Source: Gekko japonicus (taxonomy: Eukaryota). From it: DNA of 64,000 nt. The stretch is taken from contig NW_015165833.1 in NCBI RefSeq assembly GCF_001447785.1, forward strand, positions 806,608 through 870,607. The letters are read 5' to 3'. A program made the translations under genes and the position numbers. The notes under the pieces are model-generated. The model saw nothing but the letters and a program-made list of their open reading frames with translations. It was not told where the DNA came from and ran no database searches. Each line of letters starts with the position of its first letter. Within the stretch, counting starts at the first letter, position 1. Of this stretch, positions 33,466 through 45,985 are shown piece by piece.

Positions 33466-34085
33466 TTTCAAAAATGAGATTTTTTTATCCATGCACGAGT
33501 ATCTTTCCATTGCTAAGAAAGAAAACTACAGTAACAGTTGTGTGGATATCAGAAAGCATTACACATAAACATCTGCCTTGAGCCTTCGACAACATATCTG
33601 CCTTGAGCATTTGCCATCTTCCCTGGAACTGGGACCTCCCTTTTTGTACCACTTCCAGATGTGTAGCAGAGTCTGTTGAATGTGTGTTGAACTGGATGTT
33701 GGGGATTGGGCCCACGGGCAGGGACATTTCTGTTCTTGCCATGAATTCCTTAAAGAGGCTCAAGAGAGGACAGAGTCAAGGGTTCAGCGGCCACTGCACC
33801 TGTCAGATCTGTGGCTGCTCCTGAGTAGCACAAACATCACTTCTCTGTTTAGAATGCTGTAGCTGCTACTGCCAAATTGGAAACTGTGGCTTATGGATAA
33901 GGCAGGGTAGAGAGAAAGGTAATCTATCGGACAATGTATCTGCACAGGCTGCGGTCTGAAGCATGCCACTGGGCCCATATGTCAAGGACTTACAACTCCT
34001 GCAATCTTTTGGGCATACTCTAGAACCTGGAGCCCTTTTCCTACCATTACATTTTTTTTTTGATGCTCCTAGGTTTGCATTGTGA

Positions 34086-34180
34086 AGGCAAAGGCAAATC
34101 ACCTCTGCTTCTCACTTGCCTTGAAAGCTCCTTGCTGAGGTCGCCATAAGTCAGTTGCAGCTTGACAGCACATAGGCACA
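34086..34180 (+). mobile_element. RTE-like body/tail of the 5S SINE (subfamily B), headless
   Basis: ggcaaatcacctctgcttctcacttgccttgaaagc...gtcgccataagtcagttgcagcttgacagcac. Confidence 0.8.
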
Positions 34181-34270
34181 TAGGAAAGAGCAAGAGTCCA
34201 GTAGCACCTTAAAGACTAACAACATTTGCGGCAGGGTAGGAGCTTTCGTGAGCCACTGCTCACTTCTTCA
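34181..34270 (-). mobile_element. Penelope-like terminal fragment with hammerhead motif
   Basis: Minus strand TGAAGA-AGTGAGC-AGTG-GCTCAC-GAAA-GCTC then ...GTTAGTCTTTAAGGTGCTACTGGACTCTTGCTC. Confidence 0.85.
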
Positions 34271-34979
34271 CTTAGGTTGGTGTTGCGTGTTCACCTTTGC
34301 CTGTTTTGAAGCTTGAAAATATACACAGCTTGCTCTATTTGCACAACATGGCGACTGCAACAACCAGGATGCAGGGAGGTGACACGCTCTGCGTGCATGC
34401 AAAGAAGGCGCACCAAACCCCACAAGGACTGAAAAGAGCTCGGGCAAGGTAAGCAACAGTGCATGTGCTTCCACATACACAGTGTCTAGCCAAACTCCTT
34501 GCGGATCCATGCTGAGCAGAGAACAAATCAACCAGTTGGAATCCACCACGGGAGCAGGTGGGTGGGTTTGCCCGGCCTTTAACATGCAGACTGATCACAT
34601 CTGATTAACTTAATGATTCTTCCTGCCTGAAACGAATTTACTCATTTTGCAGTTGCCGAGCAATTTCACGCTTTCAGCCGCTACCCACTTTTGATTGCGG
34701 CTGCAACTCTGTGACAATCAGAGGATAAAATGGGCTTTCCCTTCACTGGGGCCCAAAGGCGCTGGAGGTTGCCAAACTGACTGGGGGTGGGGAGAGACAC
34801 AGTAGTCTTGTTTTATTATGGTGTGTGGGGAGTTTCCTTTCAGCCACAGCCACCCCAATCTAGCAGAGGCCTGATGAATGCATCACTGCAGGGTGGGATC
34901 TGCCTCTAGGAGCCAGGCCATGGCCCTCGGGTAACTTCTGGCAGGAAAACCCACAAAGCCTTCCAGGTGCTGCCTTCCG

Positions 34980-37090
34980 AGGCTGCCAGCTCAGCCACCC
35001 CGTTTGCCTCACTTACGCCCCCCCCCCCGGGAGTTTATTTATAGCTCTAGGATAGCAACCCACCCCAGCCAGTCCCTCCCTTCCGACCCGCAGAATCCAA
35101 ACCTGGGTTCAAGCCCGAGCGCCTCTGCTGACCGCTACAGGGAAGTGCCGAGTGAGCGTGCCCACGGGTCTTGCAGCCGAGCTCGGTTCGGGGGTGGGGG
35201 GATAGCAGCAGCAGCAGCAGCGGCGACTCTTGTTCAGGCCAAAGCAGAAGGGCGCCTTCGTCCTAGCGGCAGAGCGACCACAGCCAGCAATACTCGGCCG
35301 GGAGAGGGCCTGCCTGGGCCGCCACGTCGGGTGCTGAGCACCTGGCCCTGGACGCTCTCCGGCCTGGACACCCTCCCTCTGGCCGCCTTTGAAAAGTCCG
35401 CTCAACAGAGAGCCACGTGGCAGCTAACCAGAAAAGAGCACTCTGCACATGCTCACGGGGGCTCACCGCGCAGCTTAAGGTCCACGCGAAAACTTAGCCT
35501 CGGCTTCCTCCTTGTCTGGCCCGGCCTCCGAGTCGGCGAACCCGGCTCAGCCCGGGTTTGGGAAGCGGGGAAGGGGTGCCTCTGAGCACGTGCAGAGCGC
35601 CGTTCTCTAACCCGTCCCCCGGAGATTAGGGGGCCGGGCTTGGCCGGGCAGAGGGCGTGCCTTGCTCGGAGGCTTGAGCCCCAGCACCTCTGCGCGGAGC
35701 AGCCGGCCGGCCAGCTTCGCCTGCGTCCTAGCGCANNNNNNNNNNNNNNNNNNNNNNNNNNNNNNNNNNNNNNNNNNNNNNNNNNNNNNNNNNNNNNNNN
35801 NNNNNNNNNNNNNNNNNNNNNNNNNNNNNNNNNNNNNNNNNNNNNNNNNNNNNNNNNNNNNNNNNNNNNNNNNNNNNNNNNNNNNNNNNNNNNNNNNNNN
35901 NNNNNNNNNNNNNNNNNNNNNNNNNNNNNNNNNNNNNNNNNNNNNNNNNNNNNNNNNNNNNNNNNNNNNNNNNNNNNNNNNNNNNNNNNNNNNNNNNNNN
36001 NNNNNNNNNNNNNNNNNNNNNNNNNNNNNNNNNNNNNNNNNNNNNNNNNNNNNNNNNNNNNNNNNNNNNNNNNNNNNNNNNNNNNNNNNNNNNNNNNNNN
36101 NNNNNNNNNNNNNNNNNNNNNNNNNNNNNNNNNNNNNNNNNNNNNNNNNNNNNNNNNNNNNNNNNNNNNNNNNNNNNNNNNNNNNNNNNNNNNNNNNNNN
36201 NNNNNNNNNNNNNNNNNNNNNNNNNNNNNNNNNNNNNNNNNNNNNNNNNNNNNNNNNNNNNNNNNNNNNNNNNNNNNNNNNNNNNNNNNNNNNNNNNNNN
36301 NNNNNNNNNNNNNNNNNNNNNNNNNNNNNNNNNNNNNNNNNNNNNNNNNNNNNNNNNNNNNNNNNNNNNNNNNNNNNNNNNNNNNNNNNNNNNNNNNNNN
36401 NNNNNNNNNNNNNNNNNNNNNNNNNNNNNNNNNNNNNNNNNNNNNNNNNNNNNNNNNNNNNNNNGGGGGGGGGAGGTCGTGCGCAGAAGACGTCCAAAGC
36501 GCTGAGCTGAATTTGCAAAGAGTTGAGTAGGGTTTGGTTTTTTTAAAAGCGTGCGCAAGAAAGGACAAAGCGGCTCCGTGGCGCGCACGGGGAGGGGGGG
36601 GGGTGCCTGATCTCTGAGCGCAGCAGTGACCGGATAGGATTGCCCGCTGGAGGATGCCCGGCTGGAGTGGTTTGGTTTGGCTTGGGACTCGAGCACTAAA
36701 AAGGTCAGCGTGGCCGTGCCGAGGAGGCAGGCGCTCCCCGCTCCTCTCGCTTCCCTTTTGCGCTGGAAAGAAGAAGAGCAAACTTTGCCTGGCTCTTCCA
36801 GGATGCTTCTGGCTTGTTCGGCTGCTTCCCCTTGGAGATGCTCGGGTCCAGCCGTGACTGCGCTCAAAGGAGGCTGGGGGCCCGGGACTTGGCCGGAGAG
36901 CCGGCAGTGCCCCGATTGCTGCCTGGAGATCTTCTTGGAGCAGGAGAGAGGCTGACATTTGGACGCTCTTGTGCAGCAAGTTCTTGCTGATGCCTCTGCG
37001 GGGGATTGCTGGCTTGTGGACTGAATTTGGGCCTTTGGAGTCGCGGGGGTGGCAGACCCCACCGGCCTCTGCTTGTCGCGTTTGCTGGTT
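34980..37090. promoter_or_regulatory. CpG island, probable gene promoter and first exon (core in assembly gap 35736-36464)
   Basis: Sharp rise in GC and CpG on both sides of the gap; no TE termini seen; canonical E-boxes CACGTG at 35414 and 35587. Confidence 0.8.
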
Positions 37091-40000
37091 TCATTGAAAG
37101 CTACATAAGTTGCTTTGTTTTATTGAATTCCTAAGGGGATCGAGCAAGAGTAGCCGCTGAATGTTTTTTTTTTTTAACACAAAATGAATGATAAAAGTGG
37201 AACAGGTCCAGTGCCTTAAGGAAAACAAAAAAAACCCCCTTCCCCCCACTTTCTGTTCCAGGCGGTTCAAATCTCAGCATCATCTCTGTTGCTTAAAACG
37301 GCTCTCTTTGCTTTGACTTCGGAAAGTTACAGGGTTGGGAATCTCATGGTGCCCGGTGTAAAGTGCAGTTGCAAAGACCTTTTGGTGTCCGAGATGGGCC
37401 AAATCCAGATGTTTCCCCTTCCCGCTGGTGAACAGTGCCCCCCCTCATTTGGGAAGTTCTCCTGTCCAAGCTCCATTGACCGGAGCAGGAGCTGCTGGGT
37501 CTCCCAGCCAGGCAATCCTTTGCCCCAGGCAGCTGCTGCCGCCACTGCTGCAGAAACAGAAGCTGGCACTGTAGCCTCCTTTTTTGGTTCTCCTCCTGGC
37601 AAGGGGGCAGCTGTACCAACTCCAGTGGAGTTGTGGAGGGCGGGGGCGGGGGCTGCAGCCATGGGAGCCAATAACAACTGTTTGTCAGTGCTCATCTGTC
37701 AAAGGCAGAGGACCGTGGAAGTGCTGCTGGACGTTTTGCATGGTGACACTATTCTCCCCTCTCCTTGTTGTGTGTTGGATGCTTTGCAGTGGTCAAACTG
37801 TTCATGCCTGACTGTAATACTGCTTTGCCGGTCATGAACACTCTTGAAGCTCCACAGAGACCTCCTGTGAATGGGGGTGGGGTGGGGAGTAGTAGCAGCC
37901 CTTCCCTGGTCTGAAGGCCCGTGTGGCTCTGGGAGTCTATGGTTTTCTCTGCAGTGTGAACTCTGGATTCTCCTCCAAACCTATCAGCAAACCAATCTTA
38001 ATGCTGACAGACCTGTCCAGTTCAAGCTGTGTGCTCACCGTGCTCACTGCTATTAACAAAAGGGTGGTGTGTAGGTCTCAGGAGCTCCCCTTTCTTCCCC
38101 AGGCCCTTTGCCTCCTGCCCGGGCCACCGTCTTCCATTTGCTTTCTAACATGCCACCAAAGGGTGAACTAGGCAACCCTTGAAGAGGAAGGCTCAAACAG
38201 AGACTTGTCAGCTTTCTCATGACTGCACATGCTGCTGGATTCTACTTGATTAGCTAGATTTTGGGTGCTGCCCAAGTGATATGTGTGTGTGTGGCCTGAG
38301 GGAGACAGGCTTTTAGGATGGGGTGGGGGGGAGACAGTTTCAGTGGTTTCAGAATGGTGGTGGTGGGGGAGTGGATTGGGAAGTCAACAGTCTCTTTCTT
38401 TGACTCCGAGTGTGGTTCCCCCCCATCCGCAGTTCAGTGGGTTCCACAGTTCTCAGTATTTGCCAACAGCCAAAATTAATGTGCATTGTTGAGAGGGAAG
38501 ACCGCTCATTTGGGCATGCCCAAGTCTGCATTCAGAGCCTTCATTGATCATTTCCATCTGTGGAGTGCACTTGGCTTGTAAACATAACTCAGTGGGATTG
38601 TCTGTCCAGGCTGCTTAATTCTGTTGCGTTTACACCATCCAAAATGTATGTCTCTGGGGCACTGTTTCCCCTCTCTGGTCCTTGAAATCACCATTAAGGG
38701 GGGAGGAGGCAGCATATTGAGCTGCCTTCTACATCCCAACGCATGGAATTTTGGGAGGGGGAGGGTTGTAGAGACTACAGAGAAGACCACTGCAGTTGAC
38801 CAATATTTTGCTTAACTTTCAGTGGAGGTGAACAGTTTGTAGTAGATTACTGAAGGTGTGCCTGTATCATTGTTTCTTGAATGTGCATGCCATAATGCCA
38901 AGGTATTCAGAGGGAAAGGATAATTCTTTGCACTTCCTTGCTTCGCAGATCTGTCTCCAGTAGAGATTCTGTTGATGCTGGGTGCCGAGAGCTTGCCTGT
39001 TAGCGTATGCAAAAAATCAACACTAGTCAGGTTTGAGTGACTGCTTTCCCCCCTGCAAAAACCTGCTCATTTAACCTTTATAAAAATGCCAAATGAGAGG
39101 AGGAAGTTGAAAAGACAGAGCGAGAGAGAATTTTGTAGCAGCCGGCAGCGATTTCAGGTTAGCTCCAAGTCCACAGCTTGCAGACGCCAAAGTGCACTGT
39201 CATCTCCCCCCTTTTTAGGGATGCGACAATGTTCTCCTCCCTGCTTCTTCAAATTTAATTTCTTTGTCACTCCATGTTGATATAGAAAATCTGATTTAAT
39301 AAAGTGAGAGGTAGGAAAGAGCTTTAAGAGGGAAGCTTGTTGGATTTCAAATGGAATTGCCTTGTAAAACGGTTACAAGGTTTGATTCTGAGAAGGCAAT
39401 TCTGAGTGTTGGAGGTGGTGGGAAATCGGTGGCTCTCTGCAGCAGCCAAAAGTCGGCTATTTATTTATTTTTTGCACTGATTTGTATCTCAACGGGAATT
39501 TATTCCAGTGTTTTAAACAGTATGTGACTGATGCAAATGAAGTAAGATGTTCCACACTGTTCCACATCTTTAGATTTTCCAGAATGGCCGTCATGGAATT
39601 CTGAACGTAATCTTTTGTTTTTAAAGTGCAATTTATTGTAACTGGTGCAAATGCAGCTAGTCATTAGAATGATGCTTTCAAAGCAACAAAGTACTGTGGT
39701 GTAAATCTGGAATGATTGAATTAACTGGCATGTATGGTAGTTGGCATAAATTAGGGGTTTCCAGTGATTTTAGATACTGCTGAATGAATTGCTTTTTGGA
39801 GTTGTAAGTGTCCTCTGATTCTTCCCATGAAGCAAACTTATTTTGACTCAAATACGCTCCGTATTTATCCATCCATATGTTTTGTGCCTTCCCATCTTTG
39901 CAGGCTTGCCAAATAATGCAGGAAAGCCGGGTTTCCCCCCAGCGCTGCCCTGCAGCCCGTGACATCAAAACCTTAGGGATGCAAAAGCCCTTCCAAAAGG

Positions 40001-41056
40001 AAATTGCTGCGTTTTCAATTGTCTCTCCAGATGTCATATTTGATGTTTTGATTGCCGTGGCAAAAGAATTCATCCCAAGGAAGTTTCATTTAATAGCCTG
40101 CTTTGCTGGATCAGGGCAAACATTTGTAGAGACTGAAGAGGGTTAAAAAAAAGGCCAGATCTTTGTTTGTTCATGGCCTGGATATAATTGTAAGAAGGGC
40201 ATCACGTTCCTGTGGACTCTTTGCATTCTGTGTGCAGCCCGAGTCTCCCCGGGACACGGCGAAGCTCCACAGTGAGTCTTCCTTCACCTCGCTGTCTTTT
40301 GCTGCCTTTGTTGTGGCTTAGACTTGAATGGGAAAATTGGGCTGGACCCAAAGCACAGGACTTAGGTCTGGCAGCCTGCCCGAATGTCTTAGCATGGAGC
40401 CCCAGAGTGCCTGCTCCGGCTGCGACCTTCTGTCTTTTTTCCGTGCCGCCGGCTTGCAGTTTTATTCTGTAGAATAATTGTAAGCAAGGATGTTCATGGG
40501 TGCTGTAGCTGCATCCCCAGCGAGGAAAAGGGGAGATGTTGCTGGTTGGCAGTATTCAAGGGGAACTGGGACGAGGGCTGAAATTCTGGTTCCGAAACAA
40601 ACAGAAGACAAGTGATGTTAATTTGTGACGGAGCAGAGAGGTCGCGCCATCAATTGTTGGGATAATCCACAAGGAACACAGCACGGAGGCATGGAGGCGG
40701 TTGCAGTCTGCCAAAAATAAAAGAATCCATTGATTTATTTTATAGAAATTCATTGTGAACAAATTCAATTCATAATTATCTTTCCTTGAGGGAGTGGGCT
40801 TGTTATTTCCAGGACTTATTGTTTGGTGTTTCCTTTTATAAGCATCATTTCTAATCCCCCCCCCCCGCATGGATACAAAGGGATTTTAGCAGCTTTTTGT
40901 TCTTCTTCCAGTCTTGCACAATAATAATTTGACTAATGTCAGATATACAGCATTCAATTATGCCTTTCCTGTATGGGTCTGGCATCCAAGTGGGAGGAAA
41001 GATTCAAATATTATTTTATTTTCCTTGGGTATGAGTAATTATTATTATTTTTGCTT

Positions 41057-41256
41057 TCAAGTCACAACCAATTTTTGGCGACTTCATGGGGTTTTCAAGG
41101 CAAGAAATGTTCAGAGGTGGTTTGGCATTGCCTGCCTCTGCATAGCAACCCTGGACTTCCTTGGTGATCTCCCATCCAAATACTAACCAGGGCTGACCCT
41201 GCTTGGCTTCCAGGATGTGACAAGATCTGCCTAGCCTGGGCTATCCAAGTCAGGGT
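41057..41256 (-). mobile_element. 5S-derived SINE, subfamily A
   Basis: Same organisation as 23728-23947. Confidence 0.9.
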
Positions 41257-43206
41257 GGTGTGAGTAATAGTGTGGAGAAAATCTTGTATGGGAGGAGTCT
41301 TGAGGTCAATCAGGAGACAGTATCCCCAGGGCCTCCACTTGAATCGTGTGCATATGGTGGGAATGTATTTTGAGTTACATGTGGTCTCCAGAGAGGATGC
41401 TCTGAATGAATGGCAAGCATTGCTCCTTCTTCTAGGGTATGAGTTCCATCCCTTTGACAGAGCCTCTCTTGTCTCCTTGTTCTGCACATAGGAATCTATC
41501 CTCCAAATACCTACAAGCAGTATTTAGTTCTGTAGCCACAGTCAGCATGGAGAAGGGGTGCCAAATTCATTCCCGTATAAACTTGGAGCAGTGCCTTGAG
41601 AAGACAGTGCCTTGGCTGCACATTTGTAGAGGCATAATTGAAAATCAATGCTATTGAAGCAAAGCTGGTATGGAAATGTTTGTAAGCTCAGGAAAATGAT
41701 TTTTGTTAGGGTAATTCGGCAAGATTAGGGTCCTCGGCTGGTGGGATCTGTTAACTTTCCCTCTGTGCAGGAGAGGCAGGAATCCGTGCCTGGCCTTTTC
41801 CGTTTCTGAACTGGTGATTCAATGCGTCACCGTAGCCAAGAAGGCCCGTCTCTGAGTTGGTGTGTGTAAAACAAGGAGGGGAACCCTTTCGGCAGCAGCG
41901 GCAGTATCCGTGATGAAGCTCTGCTGTATAGGAGCAGACACAAACTGAATGAAGTTCAATATGTTCTCCACCACCCCCCACCCCGTTTCACAAACCAAAT
42001 AGCTTCAGACAAGTGGCTTCTCACCACCCGGGAATGGAACAACCAAGTTAGAAAACATTAACCTGAGGACCTGTCCCTGCCAGCTCAGGAATTCCCGATG
42101 GCTTTAAAAATCGGAATTTAATCGGAAGCAGAAGCAAACAGAATAAAGCATTGGTCTGTTCATATACAGGCCGGTTTACAACGGGAGATTTAGCACCAAG
42201 TTTGGGTACGTGAGTCGCCTGATGCGTTGGGGGGGGGGGCAGAACAATGAGAGAGAATATCTTTCTTGGACTGGCTCATAGTGGAAAATGTTGGCATGTC
42301 CCATGGAGTTCTTTGGGCCAAGAAAAGGTACAAAAAACCCCCCACGGATGCCATTTTCTTCCTGTTTCTTTCAAAACAAAAGAGGAAGATGCAGTATACA
42401 CAAATGCTACTATTTCAGCCAGGGTGAGTTGGATGCACGGTGTAGGAGGCAAAGCAGTAAATGGGAAAATTACATCCTGCCTTTGGACTGAGTCATGGCA
42501 CGCTTTCCATATTGATGCTTAGTAAAAATGCCTTTTTAAAAATTTCTAGGTTTTATTTTTTTTAATGCAAGCATAAAACCTCAATAGGCTAAGGGCCAAA
42601 TGCTACGCGAAGCTGGAGTTTTGTGGATGAAACTCCAGGCATATAAATATCAGGTGGGGGGTGGGGGGGTGGGATTCTGTGCTGGGACTGCTGAGCTGTG
42701 GAAGGCAGGATGAATTCCCTCCCTGTCACCACTGGACACGCTCCCCTTCTGGCTGCTTTAAGCTATTGTTGTGGGGTAAAGGCAGGCACAATACCTCCCT
42801 TATTAAGGGGATTTTTTGCCTGGGGAAATGGGGTGGAGGTAATTCTGATGTCTCTCCCCCGCTGTCAGTACTTTGGTCCAGCTTGCCCCCCCCCCCCCCC
42901 CCCACAAACCTGCGGCTGCCTTTTGCAGGACTAATGTCATGCCTGCTGCTCCCACCGTGCACCATTTGACCCTCCCTCCTTCCTTGTACACGGTGTTAAA
43001 AACTGGGCCCCACCTGTCCATGATGTCGCTGTAGCCAGGAATGGGGCTGAAGACACAAAAGGGTTGTTTGAGTTCCTGCTTGGAAGTGTCTTCAGCATTA
43101 CCACATCTCTTTGGGCTTCTGCATTTCCATACATAAATTGAACAAGCAAAGCTTGTTCAGCTTAATGGGATTGAGTGTGCCACTGTGGAGTCAGTGGCCA
43201 AAATAT

Positions 43207-43977
43207 TGGGTATGTTTAGCCTGGGAAGGAGCTGCGGTGGCTCAAGTGGTTAAGACGCTGAACTGCAGGCTGTGGAAGGTCGGTAGTTCAGCAGTTTGAG
43301 ACCTGAGTTGCCGCATGATGGAGTGAGCTCCTGTCTCTAGTTCTAGCTCCTGCCTGCCTAGCAGTTCGAAAGCAAGAAATTGCAAGTAGATAAATAGGTA
43401 CCACTTCGGTGGGAAGGTAACAGCGTTCTGTGCGCTTTGGTGTTCAGTCATGCCGGCCACATGACCACGGAAACATCTTCGGACAGCGCTGGCTCTTCGG
43501 CTTTGAAACGGAGATGAGCACCGCAACCCTAGAGTCGGATTCGACTGGCTTTCGAGCAAGGGAAACCTTTACCTTTACTTTACCTTAGCCTGGGAAAGAG
43601 GAGGCTTAGAGGGGACATGATTGCAGTCTTCAAGTACTTGAAGGGCTGTCATGTAGAAGATGGAACAGATCTATTCTCTCTTGCTCCAGATTGCAAGACT
43701 AGATCTAATGGGTGGAAATTACAAGGGAGTCGTTACTGGCTAAATATCAGGAGAAACTTCCTAACTGTAAGAGTGGTTGAGCAGTGGAACAGTCTGCCTC
43801 GGGAGGTGATGGATGCTCCTTCGCTGGACGTTTTCAGGCGGAGGCTGGATGACCATCTTTCAGGTATGTTGTAGGCATGTAGGGCTGTCTTTCGGCTATG
43901 CTCCTGCGGAGTGCAGGGGGTTGGACTAGATGACCTGCAAGGTCCCTTTCAACTCTAACATTCTATGATTCTATGAT
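43207..43977 (+). mobile_element. CR1 LINE 3' fragment split by a Sauria SINE
   Basis: LGMFSLG[SINE]KRRLRGDMIAVFKYLKG...FLTVRVVEQWNSLPREV...; gggttggactagatgacc hairpin and (ATTCTATG)2 tail. Confidence 0.95.
43228..43584 (+). mobile_element. Sauria SINE, full length
   Basis: Exact 12-bp TSD TTAGCCTGGGAA (43216-43227 and 43585-43596). Confidence 0.95.
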
Positions 43978-45671
43978 CTAGTCCCTTTGCATGAGCCAGG
44001 GCCCACCTTGTTTATCTCTCCCCAGCCTCTCTTGGGATTTATCCCCCACCCCCCAAGCTTTAAGTTCTGAGGCTTGTGGCTTCCGGGTGGTGGTGGTATT
44101 ATTATTATTATTTCCCATCATTGATGCTTCTGAAAGCCTTTTGCCTTCTCTCCAGATTGTGGACATAATTCTTAATTTTGGGTCAGGTCGTACCTGGTAA
44201 TTTGAGTGGGTGGGGGAGGATAGCTGTGGGACTGGAGTCAGCTGGGCAATAGGTCCTGAGCCCCTGTCCCTGTGTCCTCTTTGTGGCGGGCAAGTTGAAT
44301 TGCTTCATCCCTGCTCTCTTGCTGGAGAGCCAGGTGCATGCTCCTAAGGTATGGCGGGGGGAGGGAGGTTATAGAGGCCCAGAATGATCAGGAGCAGGAG
44401 GGCTGGGGGCCCTTTTCTAAAAAAAAAGAGAGCTTTTGATCAAAATGCAGGTGTTTGGGCTTTGTCTGGAAGAAAATCACTAGGTTGGTTGCTTGGAGGA
44501 AAGTAAAGGCTGTAGAGTTTTCTGGACAAGTATAAATAAATCTCACATCCAGAATCCTGTGGGCTGTGCTACCTTTTTTGCGTTCTGCCACATTTTCATT
44601 CACTTCAAAAGTTTGTCTTTTTCTGCACAGACACAGATTGTGTGATGCCCCCGCCCCCCAGGAAGTGCTTTCTGATTCTTCTCTTTGTCTTGCCCTTTTA
44701 ACGGGCCACCTCTTGAACAGCTCCCATTAAGTTAATAATGCCAGGTGAGAGAGAGGCAGCTGGTGCTGTGCTTGGAGACAGCAGAGGGCAGCCTGCGGCA
44801 TAGGCCTTTGGGATGCTTCCCCTTCCCTGCCCCCCTACTTGCACATCTCCACTGTGCTAGCCTTTGTGTAGTTGCTGAGTGACCCTTCTTGCTTGTTCAT
44901 GTCTGAGGCTCATTTGTGTCCCTATTCATACCCCTATAGCTAAGGTTGTCACACAGTTTCAACAAAAATACTAGATACTCTGTTTTGTGCTTTTTGGAGG
45001 TGAGGGAATGCCAGCCCTGCTCCCATTACGTGTCTGATCCCCCACCCTCTCATCCTTTGCTATTTTTCTCGGCGAGAGTGTCTCATAAGCTGTGGTCTGA
45101 GATAATTGTATTTCTTCCATAGCATCTCTGCCACAAAATTATTTCTCCCTTCCCCCAGTGGATCAAGATTCTGTGAAACAATATCTTTAGAAAGCGCCTG
45201 AGTCCAGTGAAGGTGCAGGTGAGCAACTGAGAAAGATGCTGCAGGCTGTAAAGCGAGGGCAGAGTCTAGTGCTGGCAAAGTTCCTTCTCTGCTATATATT
45301 TATTGATTTTATTAGACTTTTAGCCTGCCTTCCCCTACACAGCAAAGCTCAGGACGGGTAACAACCAGTTAAAAACAATATAATAAATTAATTATTAAAA
45401 GTGAATTAATATAGTAACAAATCAAAATTAAAAATAGATGGCAACTTAGGCACTAATAACAAAAATTATCCAAGGTGAGGTTGTGCAACCTGTGTGTCAG
45501 TGGAGACTGGTACAGTGACGGAATGAATGGCGGGGAGGGGACTGAGGGAGGCCAGTTTAGATGGTAGCTTCACTGCCTCAGCCGTACGCCTGGTGAAACA
45601 TTTCTGTTTTACAGGCTCTGTGGAACGGGATATCATGCTAGAATTCTGCATCTTCTTGGGTAGCTCTGGGG

Positions 45672-45985
45672 CAGGGTTGCCAGGTCCCCTTGTTGATCCA
45701 GCAGGGCAATTTGTGGGGTGTTCTGAGGGGTGGGTGGGGACCGTGCGATGTGATGATGTCATCACATTGGCGATGTGGGGGTGATGCTCTGGTTTTTGGG
45801 TGAAACACTAAGGCAAATTCACCCGCAAATCATAGAGTTTTGCCCCAAAACCAGAGGGTCACCACCCCGCACGACATCGCTGTTTAGGGGGCAGGTTTCT
45901 CCTGCTGGCCAGCTGGTCTGCGGTGGGGAGAAGCCCCCAAAAGCGGGGGATCCCACCCTCTTGGATGTGGGGGCTAGCAACCCTA
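45672..45985. mobile_element. hAT-like MITE (AGGGTTGCCAG TIR)
   Basis: cagggttgccagg ... gctagcaacccta; flanks ctctgggg / ctcaggag (6/8). Confidence 0.65.

Noticed and set aside
35453-37062. Long ORFs of 282-508 aa across the CpG island
   Set aside because: They are artefacts of reading through 729 Ns plus GC-rich sequence; the flanking peptides resemble no protein I recognise.
37289-37837. 182-aa and 122-aa overlapping ORFs after the island
   Set aside because: Low-complexity Ala/Gly/Pro content from GC-rich DNA, with no recognisable homology.
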